From Lingula anatina (taxonomy: Eukaryota > Animalia > Brachiopoda): a stretch of 64,000 nt of DNA. This document shows, piece after piece, positions 13,101-24,007 of the stretch (the stretch's first letter is position 1; each line of letters begins with the position of its first letter). The stretch spans positions 29,965,967-30,029,966 of the forward strand of contig CM120640.1 of NCBI GenBank assembly GCA_051362555.1. The letters run 5' to 3'. The notes below the pieces were generated by a model. The model was not told where the DNA came from. It worked only from the letters and a program-made list of their open reading frames with translations, and searched no databases. The translations under genes were made by a program, and so were the position numbers.

Positions 13101-14752
13101 TTGCCATGTAGCTGGCAGACATTGGTTGTCCTGCCAGCGTTCTCGCAGATTCGGCTGTCCTGTCATTCTGATGGCAGGTTCGGCTGACCTGCCATGAAAC
13201 TGGCAGTCTACGTGGTCCTGCCATGTTCTGGCAGTCTCGGTTGTCCTGCCATGTTCTGGCAGTCTCAGTTGTCTTGCCATGTAGCTGGCAGACATTGGTT
13301 GTCCTGCCAGCGTTCTCGCAGATTCGGCTGTCCTGTCATTCTGATGGCAGGTTCGGCTGACCTGCCATGAAACTGGCAGTCTACGTGGTCCTGCCATGTT
13401 CTGGCAGTCTCAGTTGTCTTGCCATGTAGCTGGCAGACATTGGTTGTCCTGCCAGCGTTCTCGCAGATTCGGCTGTCCTGTCATTCTGATGGCAGGTTCG
13501 GCTGACCTGCCATGAAACTGGCAGTCTACGTGGTCCTGCCATGTTCTGGCAGTCTCAGTTGTCTTGCCATGTAGCTGGCAGACATTGGTTGTCCTGCCAG
13601 CGTTCTGGCAGATTCGGCTGTCCTGTCATTCTGATGGCAGGTTCGGCTGACCTGCCATGAAACTGGCAGTCTACGTGGTCCTGCCATGTTCTGGCAGTCT
13701 CAGTTGTCTTGCCATGAAGCTGGCAGACATTGGTTGTCCTGCCAGCGTTCTCGCAGATTCGGCTGTCCTGTCATTCCGATGGCAGGTTCGGCTGACCTGC
13801 CATGAAACTGGCAGTCTACGTGGTCCTGCCATGACACTGGCAGTCTCGGTTGTCCTGCCATGACATTGGCAGTCCCGGTTGTCCTGCTATGACATTGGCA
13901 GTCTCGGTTGTCCTGCCATGACACTGGCAGTCTCGGTTGTCCTGCCATGACATTGGCAGTCCCGGTTGTCCTGCCATGACATTGGCAGTCCCGGTTGTCC
14001 TGCCATGACACTGGCAGTCCCGGTTGTCCTGCCATGACACTGGCAGTCCCGGTTGTCCTGCCATGACACTGGCAGTCTCGGTTGTCCTGCCATGACACTG
14101 GCAGTCTCGGTTGTCCTGCCATGACACTGGCAGTCTTGGTTGTCCTGCCATGACATTGGCAGTCCCGGTTGTTCTGCCATGACACTGGCAGTCTTGGTTG
14201 TCCTGCCATGACACTGGCAGTCCCGGTTGTCCTGCCATGACATTGGCAGTCCCGGTTGTCCTGCCATGACACTGGCAGTCTTGGTTGTCCTGCCATGACA
14301 CTGGCAGTCTTGGTTGTCCTGCCATGACATTGGCAGTTCCGGTCGTCCTGCCATAACATTGGCAGTCCCGGTCGTCCTGCCATGACATTGGCAGTCTCGG
14401 TCGTCCTGCCATGACATTGGCAGTCTCGGTCGTCCTGCCATGTTCTGGCAGTCTAGGTGGTCCTGCCATGTTCTGGCAGTCTTGGTGGTCCTGCCATGTT
14501 CTGGCAGTCTAGGTGGTCCTGCCATGTTCTGGCAGTCTAGGTGGTCCTGCCATGTTCTGGCAGTCTTGGTGGTCCTGCCATGTTCTGGCAGTCTAGGTGG
14601 TCCTGCCATGTTCTGGCAGTCTTGGTGGTCCTGCCATGTTCTGGCAGTCTTGATGGTCCTGCTATGTTCTGGCAGTCTCGGCTGTCCTGCAATGATGATG
14701 GCAGTATTTGCGGTTCTCCTATGAAGCCGTTAGTCTCGGCTGCCCTGCCATG
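10185..14752. repeat. GC-rich 28/29-bp minisatellite with 173-bp (6-mer) and 145-bp (5-mer) higher-order repeats
   Basis: Base unit TGGCAGTCTCGGTTGTCCTGCCATGTTC. The ORF track recurs every 173 bp (12054, 12227, 12400 ... 13092). Monomeric zones follow after about 13,830. Confidence 0.97.
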
Positions 14753-15777
14753 ATGCTATGTTAGGTCCAATCCTATTCTCATTATTATACATGTAACCTG
14801 TAGACATACTTTAACATGGTCTGAACATTGTCATTTTTGCAGCTGACATACAAGTTTATGTTACATGCAAGAGCAACCAGTCTGCAACAATCACTCCTAT
14901 CGAGGATTGTCTTGCAGAGTTTTCAAGTAATGGATGAATGTGAACATGTTGGCTTTAAATGATACTAAGGTCGAGTTGATATGGTTTACATCTACCCTCG
15001 CCCAGGGCCGCAGTTATTATTGTGGACATATTTGCTGAGGCGACCCTGTTATGTTTGGCCAGGAGGAAACAATTAATTCTGCACATGGGCAGAAGGCTTT
15101 GTACTTGCTCTGCAGTACCTCAATGAGAGCTGGGCTTTGCGCCAATATAATTAACACTTGTCATGCAACCTGCCTTGTCTTGTCTGTCTGCTAAAGGGCT
15201 GTTTTATTGTCACGAATGAGCAATTCACTATCTTGTTTACTGTCAAGGGGACTTTGCAGGGACTTGCTAAGTGACTGTGCCTGAGTAGTTATGCAAACAT
15301 TTACAAGCCATGTAATCATCCTTGAGATTTCAGTACAGGGTGACATCAGACCAAAATGATTGTCTACTTATCTAGAGACGTATCTGCGAATATCTGTGGA
15401 AAATCAATCTGTTGCTCTCAGTGTTCATTCTAGGATGCGCCCTTGCGTCATTGGCGCAGAAAAAATTAGGTTGACGCAATACGTAGTGTGAGCTGCGCCA
15501 ACAAAATTCAAGAGAATTAACAGCGACGCATTTTTGTGTTCTAAATGCGCCCTCCAATTTGGCAAATTCACGACCGAAGTTTGATTGTTTACTCGACATC
15601 TCTTGACATCAAGATCTTATGTTAGACGTAATGAAGATATTCTTTGCTCGTCGCAGTTTTTAACAAGTATCTTAATTTATGCAAATCAGTGGCGATCGCC
15701 CCTCCTTTCTTGAATCCCTGATAGGCTGAGATTAATTGTCCATGTAAATCAATTGATCAACCCGTACATTGTACATG

Positions 15778-16212
15778 ATGGCGGAGAAGAAGCAAGTGTT
15801 ATTTTAAGTTTTTTTAAGAAAGTCAATCCCAAAGATCACCCTAAAACGGATCAGAATAGTAGCGACGGAGACAATGATCATACACAGCAGACATTTCCAG
15901 CGGAGAAGAGAGCTAAAGTAGATGTATGTGCTGCTGTCACGACTTCTGATACCGCGTCAACTAGCAATGCAAGGTCATTCCAAAAAAAGTGGAGAGATAC
16001 TTACAAGTGGCTTGTATACGACAATAACGCAAACTTGATGTATTGCAGCTTATGTGTTGAAAAAAAGAAGGACAATATATTTTTTCAAGGGACTAATAAC
16101 TTTCGAACCAGTACCCTTATGCGCCATGAGACATCTGCTGACCTCAAGCTTGCCATACAAGAAACGTCGGAATCAGCTCAAGCTAAACAGGCTTTTTGCA
16201 GAGCTTTAGAAG
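15778..16212 (+). pseudogene. hAT transposase exon 1 (TTF-type zinc finger, ZNF862-like)
   Basis: RSFQKKWRDTYKWL...MYCSLC...FFQGTNNFRTSTLMRHETS. Phase-1 donor GAAG|GTAAGA at 16,212/16,213. The probable ATGGCG start at 15,778 is frameshifted relative to the domain. Confidence 0.85.
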
Positions 16213-16868
16213 GTAAGATATTATTTTTTGTCAATATTTATTTGTAACACGGAGCATGAGCCATCAAAGTGACACTAGTGTATGTTGTTGATTATCGTGA
16301 CGGTCCCGGACCCACGTGTTGTAGTTATATTTGTGTAGGTTGAAGAACTCTAGAAAGTGCATTCTGGGATATCGCAATGCTGAACAACTATGTAAACAAT
16401 GCGTTTGCTGTGTAGCATTGACACAGGGCATTATGCTCATGTTTTTTCCCTGAACATTATTTTTTGTATATATATATATATAGATAAAATTTTCACATTC
16501 ATTTTTATGTACAGACACAGATGTGTCTGTACATATAGCTGTCACCTGCGTCTGTCGTCGCCGTCGCCGTGCACTCAGCGATAACACGATAAGTGGAATA
16601 CCGTTTTACATTTTGTATTCAAATTTACAGAACTGATGAATATTCATAATACACAGGTCAAGTTCGAAAATCAGCATGATCGGGTCACTTTTAGGGAATT
16701 TATGCTGTTTTTTCACTTTTTTCAGCATATATGCAGCACCGATAACATGATAAGTGAAAAACCATTTTACCTTTTGGCTTGAATCTTACAGACTGATGAA
16801 TATTCATAATACGCAGGTCAAGTTCGAAAATCAGCATGATTGGGTCATTTTTAGGGAATTTATGCTGT

Positions 16869-17476
16869 TTTTATGTATTGCCATCACCTGCGTCTGTCGT
16901 CGCCGATGCTGTCGCTGTGCACTTTCCTTGTAAACATGATAAGTGGAGGGCAGTTTTACTTTTTATGTACAGACACAGATGTGTCTGTACATATTGCCAT
17001 CACCTGCGTCTGTCGTTGCCGATGCCGTGCACTTTCATTGTAAACACGATAAGTGGAAGGCAGTTTTACTTTTTGGCTGTATATTTACAGAGCTGGTGAA
17101 TATTCATAAAATGCAGGTCAAGTTTGAAAAATCAGCATGATTGGGCCATTATTGTAGAAGTTATGCTGTTTTTTCACTTTTCAGTATATATACAACACTG
17201 TAAACACATTTCAAGGAAAACCGATAGGCCTGTTGTCATAAAACACACAGGAGTAATTGATCTTACCAAAACGCAGGTCAAGTTCGAAAATTGGCATGAT
17301 CGGGGCCACTATTTAGTAGTTATGCTTTTTTTTTCACTTTTCAGCATATTTAAAATTTGATGCTGAATTTGCAGTTTAACATAATGTATTTTTGCATCAG
17401 AATTGACAGTAGCCTATTTTGTGCAAAGTTATTTCCTGTTTTTTGTCTGTACATTTGACAGCTTTGCTGCCTTGTT
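16869..17476 (+). mobile_element. HINE element B1 (internally deleted, duplicated 5' head); left arm of the ZER1-carrying composite
   Basis: Heads at about 16,869 and 16,961. 3' end TGTCTGTACATTTGACAGCTTTGCTGCCTTGTT at 17,444-17,476. The last ~135 bp match the B2 end (25,075-25,209). Confidence 0.8.
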
Positions 17477-17487
17477 TATCTTTACAG

Positions 17488-17535
17488 ACATTTCCAGACA
17501 AATCTGGTCTTCCGAGAAACATGATGGGATTGATA
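17488..17535 (+). CDS. ZER1: Protein zer-1 homolog fragment, exon A (48 bp, phase 0-0)
   Basis: TTTACAG| TFPDKSGLPRNMMGLI |GTAAGT. Resembles the ZER1 segment FPEKQELHRNMLGLL as I recall it. Confidence 0.85.
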
Positions 17536-17742
17536 GTAAGTGGAGTGGATTTAAACTTTATGGCGGAGGATAATACATATATAGTTATTGCAGTTTTAAT
17601 ATTCTAGTTATATGTGATAAATGTATCAATTGCTGTATAATTGTAAACAGTGGATTAGGAAATTATATAGAGTATATATTTGTATGATTAACTTATTTAA
17701 ATAAAGTGGAGTAAAGTTAGTATGTTTTAATTGTTCTTTCAG

Positions 17743-17810
17743 GGTAATGTTGCTGAAGTTCACTCTCTTCGCCCAAAACTGATGCAGTATGAATATGTGT
17801 CAGTGTTCAA
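17743..17810 (+). CDS. ZER1: Protein zer-1 homolog fragment, exon B (68 bp, phase 0-2)
   Basis: TTCTTTCAG| GNVAEVHSLRPKLMQYEYVSVF(K) |GTAAGT. In frame with exons A and C. Confidence 0.88.
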
Positions 17811-18150
17811 GTAAGTAAGAAACAGATTCAACTTAAAATATTGAAGGAAAAAACGGTGCATTTGGCATTTCAAAGGCTCACACTAGGATTTCACATTTTT
17901 ATTTTGAACTTGGGGAGCAGTTTTATGCTATAGATTTATACATACACGACTTATCTAGCAAATGTTTCTTGATATATGAGTACAATATATTTTGCATATT
18001 TGTGTAAATGTTTTTTTTCTTTCTTTCTTTTTTTTTTTTTTTTTTTTTTTTTGAGAATTGCTTGCTGGCATATTTTCTGAACTACAAAAATCACCATTGC
18101 CCATTGATTCAGAAAAGATCTTAGTCAACACCATATTTGACTTGTTTCAG

Positions 18151-18339
18151 AGCTCTCCTGGATTCTGACAGTGATGGTATTGAAGTAAGTTACAATGCAG
18201 CAGGTGTACTGTCCCACATGGCATCAGATGGAGTGGAGGCGTGGACCTTGACGGATCTTCCCCGTAGCCAGGTGCTCCGAGCAATGGTGAATGCCATTCA
18301 GAGGTGGGATCTGAACACAAACAGGAACATCAATTACAG
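18151..18339 (+). CDS. ZER1: Protein zer-1 homolog fragment, exon C (189 bp, phase 2-2)
   Basis: TGTTTCAG| ALLDSDSDGIEVSYNAAGVLSHMASDGVEAW...AIQRWDLNTNRNINYR |GTGAGG. DGIEVSYNAxGVLSH and RNINYR are motifs of the ZER1/ZYG11 C-terminal ARM region. Confidence 0.92.
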
Positions 18340-18889
18340 GTGAGGGGACCAAGCTCAGTTTATTAAGAAATGACAGGGATGTGTAAATATGAAACTGGTA
18401 TCATTAGATCTGTAAACATTCATGTTGAAAAATATTCATATAAGTTAGATTCATAGAACAGCTGGGGGGGGGGGGGGGGGGAGGAGATGCATTAACATCA
18501 GTTGTCCTCACCTCACATTACTCACAGCTTCAATCTTAAACAATTCTTGATGGGATTTAGGTGAACTGACAACAGGATTCTTAAAAATAGGCGTGCATCA
18601 AATTTTCATTAAAACTTTCTTTTGTTGGTATGTGAATATTTTAAAAATGTTTTCACACAGTAGATGAGGAAGAAAATACCTAAGTGGTAAATGAAAAAGA
18701 AAAAAGAAAAACTTATGAATTTGAATGATAAAACACTGAAACATGTTAGCTACGTGAAAAGAGGTACAGTTACTAACTGTTTTTATGTACAGACACATCT
18801 GTTGCCATCACCTGCGTCTGTCGTCGCCGATGTCGATGCCGGCGCCGTGCACTTTCCTTGTAAACACGATAAGTGGAGGACAGTTTTTT

Positions 18890-21538
18890 TTTATGTACAG
18901 ACACAGATGTGTCTGTACATATAGCCATCATCTGCGTCTGTCGTCGCCGTCGCCGTCGTCGCCGTCGCCGTCGTCGCCGTCGCCGTGCACTTTTACCGAT
19001 AACACGATAAGTGGAAAACCATTTTGCCTTTTGATTTGAAACTTGCAGAACTGATGAATATTCATAATACGCAGGTCAAGTTCGAAAATCAGCATGATCG
19101 GGTCACTCTTAGGGAATTTATGCTGTTTTTTCACTTTTTCAGCATATATGCAGCACCGATAACACGATAAGTGGAAAACCATTTTACCTTTTGGCTTGAA
19201 ACTTACAGAACTGATGAAAATTCTTAATACGCAGGTCAAGTTCGAAAATCAGCATGATTGGGCCATTTTTAGGGAATTTATGCTGTTTTTTCACTTTTTT
19301 CAGCATATATGCAGCACCGATAACACGATAAGTGGAAAACCATTTTACCTTTTGGCTTGAAACTTACAGAACTGATGAATATTCATAATACGCAGGTCAA
19401 GTTCGAAAAACAGCATGATTGGGTCATTTTTTAGGGAATTTATGCTGTTTTTTCACTTTTTTCAGCATATATGCAGCACCGATAACACGATAAGTGGAAA
19501 ACCATTTTACCTTTTGGCTTGAAACTTACAGAACTGATGAATATTTATAATACGCAGGTCAAGTTTGAAAATCAGCTTTATCGGGTCATTTTTATGGAAG
19601 TTATGCTATTTTTTCATTTTTTTAGCATATATGCAACACTGATACACGATAAGTGAAAAACTGTTTTACCTTTTGGCTTGAAACTTACAGAACTGATGAA
19701 TATTCATATTACATAGGCAAAGTTTGAAAATCAGCGTGATCGGACCAATTTTATGGAAGTTATGCTGTTTTTTTCACTTTTTTCAGCATGTATGCAATAC
19801 CGCTAACGCATTTCAAGAAAAATCAATTGGCCAATTGTCTTGAAATTTACAGGGGAGATCAGTCTTACTGAAATACAGATGGAGTTTGAAAATGGTTCAG
19901 TTTTGGTGAAGTTATGCCTTTTTTTGTATATAAGTGTTTTTTTTTTCCTTTGATTTAATTCTTAGGCATGTTAAGAATCTCCTCTGTGAACTAATTAAAT
20001 ATGTAAAGGTGTTCTTTTGACATTTTCTGCATCTTAACAATATTGTTAGTTGATTATATAAAAAAGATGGTTAACCTGTTATTGTGTATTATATAACAAA
20101 GTGTCAAAAATGGAAATAATAATAAACTCATATCTTTACAGTTTGTCAGATTCAATCATTCACCATGTTCAGAATCTCAGAATGGAGCAAAATGGCAATT
20201 TAAAATTGTTCTATTGATATTTTTCCTATGACAGCAATTTTCTTAGTTGTTCATTTAAAAATGACAGTAAATTGATTATTTTGTTATATGAAAAAAAGAT
20301 GTTGAAAATGGAAAGAAAATCAATTCAATACAGTTATCTTTTGTTTACATTTTAGCATTTTGAAAGTGTGACTCTGAACTTCCATGGCCTTGAAGACATT
20401 TCCATGTCACATTTTCTGTAAATCCATGATACTTTTATTTTATTATTAAAAATTAATGGTCATTATATTATATTGCATAAAAGTTGAAGAAAACCCTAAT
20501 TTTGGAAATGGCTGCCGGAATGACCATTAAGGAAAAACCATGTTACTTATGATACTCAAACTTACTGAAAAGTTTCGTAAGACTGATGTGCAGTTTGTGT
20601 TGGAAAATCAGTGTGATTGTTTTCCGTTTTGGAAGCAATGTAGCTCTATAGAGTGCTATATGGGGCTACTGTGTATGGATGGTGGTAATTGCCCCTTGGG
20701 ATAGTCACAAGCTAAATTCAGAGCTATAAAATCATTTGCCTAATTGATTTCCAAGTGCCCATTAAATAAGATTACATAAAACACACGCTGAGACTTCCCA
20801 GTAAAGTCCCATAGGTTAAGCTCTCTTAACTGTGTCACATAATTAGGAATCTATGATAATTATGCAGGTAAATGTTGTTTAATATTGCAAATAAGTTAAC
20901 AAAACAAAACAAAAAAATAGATGAATAACAGTGTCTTATTATCCTCAAACACATTGGGGTTATTCATATCATGTTATTACAGCAAGATTAAAAGTTTGAA
21001 TAGTAGCTTTAATGGGATATTTTTGTGTTTTCTTTTTAATTTTTTTTTTCAAACACTGGCATTTTCAGCTCCCATCCACCTGAAGCTCTTCACATTTTCT
21101 GTATTTCCACATAAGCAGTTGCATTGGTTTTTATGTCTTTAAACATTATGTAATATTATTTTATGCACTGTCATCATTATTTAGATATTGGGATTTTCAT
21201 TATGTGAATTTGGTCCTGAAACTGTAATCTTATTGCAGGGGTGGATTGAGGCCATCTTCTGGGTCTTTCAGATTTTAAAGTTCACATTGATGGGCATCTC
21301 TTTTTTCTGTTGGAAGACCATCAAAAATGTAGGATGGATCAACAAAGATAATTTGGAATACTGTCAGAAAATATCTCTGGATCAGCTCCTGTTATTGACG
21401 ATGTCACCTGTTGTGCATGATTAAATTTCAGCGTTGATTGACAGTGCTATTGTAGGCATCAAAATTGACAAAATGAACCATTTTCTGCATTTTTATTTTG
21501 TGTTTTTGTCTGTACATTTGACAGCTTTGCTGCCTTGT
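18890..21538 (+). mobile_element. HINE element A2 (full-length copy) nested in B2
   Basis: Complete 5' inverted repeat, (GTCGCC)n, five ~160-bp repeats (19,001, 19,161, 19,322 ...), body colinear with 25,725-27,529, and 3' hairpin plus CTTGT, inserted in a T-run. Confidence 0.87.
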
Positions 21539-21918
21539 TTTTTTTTTTGGCTTTATATTTACAGAGCTGATGAATATTCATAAAATGCAGGTCAAGTTCG
21601 AAAATCAGCATGATCTGGCCATTATTGTAGAAGTTATGCTGTTTTTTCACTTTTCAGCATATATGCAACCCTGTAAACACATTTTAAGGAAAACCATTAG
21701 GCTTGTTGTCATGAAACTCACAGGAATGGTCAATCTTACTAAAACGCAGGTTGAGTTCGAAAATCAGCATAATCGGGGCATTATTTTTAAAGTTATGCTG
21801 TTTTTTCATATTTCCTCAGATTCAACTCTTAGGCATGTTAACAGTCTCATTATTGAACTAATAAGATACGTAAAAGTGTTTGGTTGACATTTCCTGCATC
21901 TTTACAATATTATTAGTT

Positions 21919-24007
21919 GTACCACCAGCGTAGGCGCTGGCGGTACACATGGTTTTTGTCCCGATCCGTATATTACGCCGGCTCCTGCGGCTCCACCGCC
22001 AAGTCACCCTTACCTCTTCTCCTCCTAGACTACTAGGGCCTGCGTACCCATCTCTTGGATTTAGGTCACCTATAATCTCAACTCGTTCCACGTAAAATTT
22101 AGGCTTTGTCGGTATTGGGGTCTAGGTGTGGCACTCATTGCAATGCACCCTTGTCTAAACATGGTAAAATTAAATGCTAATTATCTACCCTACGGAAGGA
22201 ATTATGGGAAAAATTTCTACAGACGGCTTTCAAAAAGTCATATGTGTAGATTTCAAATATGCCCTTGGATTTGACCTTTGACCTTTATTTCAAGGTCAAA
22301 CGGGCCAAAATTTTCAAAAAAAAACAATTTTTTTACGAAAAAAATATTATTTGCCCTGTTATTCAGACACCACACAGACTTAACCAATAATATTATTGGA
22401 AAGTGTTACCCTTCAGGTTATCTTTCATCTCCGTGAATTTGGGGTCAATCGGTGCATTTTCACGGGAGTAGCGGCCATAAGATACCGAAACTGAAAACTG
22501 TCTCTAATTTGGGAACCGTTAACGCTAGAGGCCCATTCTTTTTTGCATTTTGTAGAGCATGTAAAGCCCAACACTGGAAGTGGTCTCCGTTTTTTTGTAT
22601 TCCATACGGTTTTCGAGTTACGCTGTATCAAAAAGTACATATGGGTGGTGAAAGCAAAATGTGCAGTACGGTTATGGATAATAAATTTTGAACTCCGGAA
22701 AAATAAAACATAAGGCTTGGCGAGGCAGACAACCTGTGGTCAAAAATGACATTATTTCATCAAATTTGAACATCTGGAACTTCAGAGCACCTCCCATTTC
22801 AAGAATTTTGACCAAAATGACCTTTTCTTTATTTAAATTAATTTTTTCTGTACAAAATTTATGGCACATTATTGTAACTCCAAAATTATAACATTTAGTC
22901 CCTTATATCTCCAAAACTGGCAGAGATAGGTCCATAGTTACTATTGAAGTTGAATAGGAAATCATATACTGGCAATCTAAATGCACCCTGAGCTTCAGAG
23001 ATAACTTGACACTAACCTCTTCACCATTAGCCTATCTTCATCGTGTCAAGTTACCTCTGACCACATTCGATTGCCTCCGCCGCCCGCCAATCAAATTTAA
23101 AGCCCGCACTCAATGACTCATTGAACAATCTAGCCAATGCACGCGAACGAGTCAAAGCGCGCTTTGTTCAAATCCGGACCAATCAAAGATAAGGCTGAAT
23201 ATCAGGGACTTGCCGTAACCTGTGGGCAGCACGCAAAATACATCATCCCTCAGTAGATAATTATGCAGGGCATCAAACTGCTCTGGTTTCAATTATGATA
23301 TACTAGGAAGTCATATACTGGCAATCTAAATGTGACCTTAAAATTGACCTTTGACCTACTTTTCATCAGGAATTGAACTTTGCAAATTTCCGTTCCCTTT
23401 TATCTCCAAAACTGGCAGAGATAGGTCCACAGTTACTATTGAACTTGAATATGAAGTCATTAGAGGCAATTTACTGTGACCTTAAAATTGACCTTTGACA
23501 TACTTTTAACCATGAACTTAACTTTGCAAATTTTGGTTCCCTTTTATTTCTAAAACTGACAAGATAGGCCCATAGTTACTGTTGAATTTGAATAGGAAGT
23601 CATATACTGGCAATCTAAGTGTGACCTTGAAATTTACGTTTGACCTACTTTTTATCATGAAATGAAGTTTACAAATTTTGGTTCCCTTTTATCTCCAAAA
23701 CTGGCAGAGATAGGTCCACAGTTGCTATTGAACTTGAATAGGAAGTCAAATACTGGAAATTTACTGTGACCTTGAAATTGACCTTTGACCTACCTTACTA
23801 TGAACTGAACTTTGATTGTACCATTTTTAGTTATATATTTTTTTTTGCATATTTTGAGAATTCTTGTTGATTGCATTTTTTACAGCTTGTCAAGCACAAG
23901 ACTGGTGGTGGTGTCCCTTTTTTGTGTGTGTGGGGGTCTATACGATCGCGCTTACCCCAGCTGGTGGTACAATATTCGGAGGCGGTATCGCCTCTCTGAT
24001 CCTCTAG
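21919..24007 (+). mobile_element. HINE element C (different family) nested in B2
   Basis: 5' TTGTACCACCAGC-GTAGGC-GCTGGCGGTACA inverted repeat, 3' subterminal GCTGGTGGTACAA, GAGGCG-GTAT-CGCCTC hairpin and CTAGT end, with ~145-bp internal repeats. The empty site TTAGTTGATTATAT is seen at about 20,046 and 25,977. Confidence 0.87.

Noticed and set aside
10185-14752. CRISPR-like array (palindromic 28-bp repeats)
   Set aside because: Units are contiguous with no unique spacers, there are no cas genes, and the context is eukaryotic. It is a minisatellite.
10202-14753. Many 60-240 aa ORFs in the array
   Set aside because: The periods of 28, 29 and 173 bp are not multiples of 3, so the ORFs cycle through frames and are by-products of the repeat.
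16213-18339. In-frame transposase-ZER1 fusion protein
   Set aside because: Phase mismatch (1 versus 0), the 305 nt total is not divisible by 3, and the transposase is frameshifted.
17488-18339. Resident functional ZER1 gene with huge introns
   Set aside because: The exons sit inside elements whose paired ends and empty sites show they arrived as insertions, and no other ZER1 exons were seen in 64 kb. This is not fully excluded without the genome.
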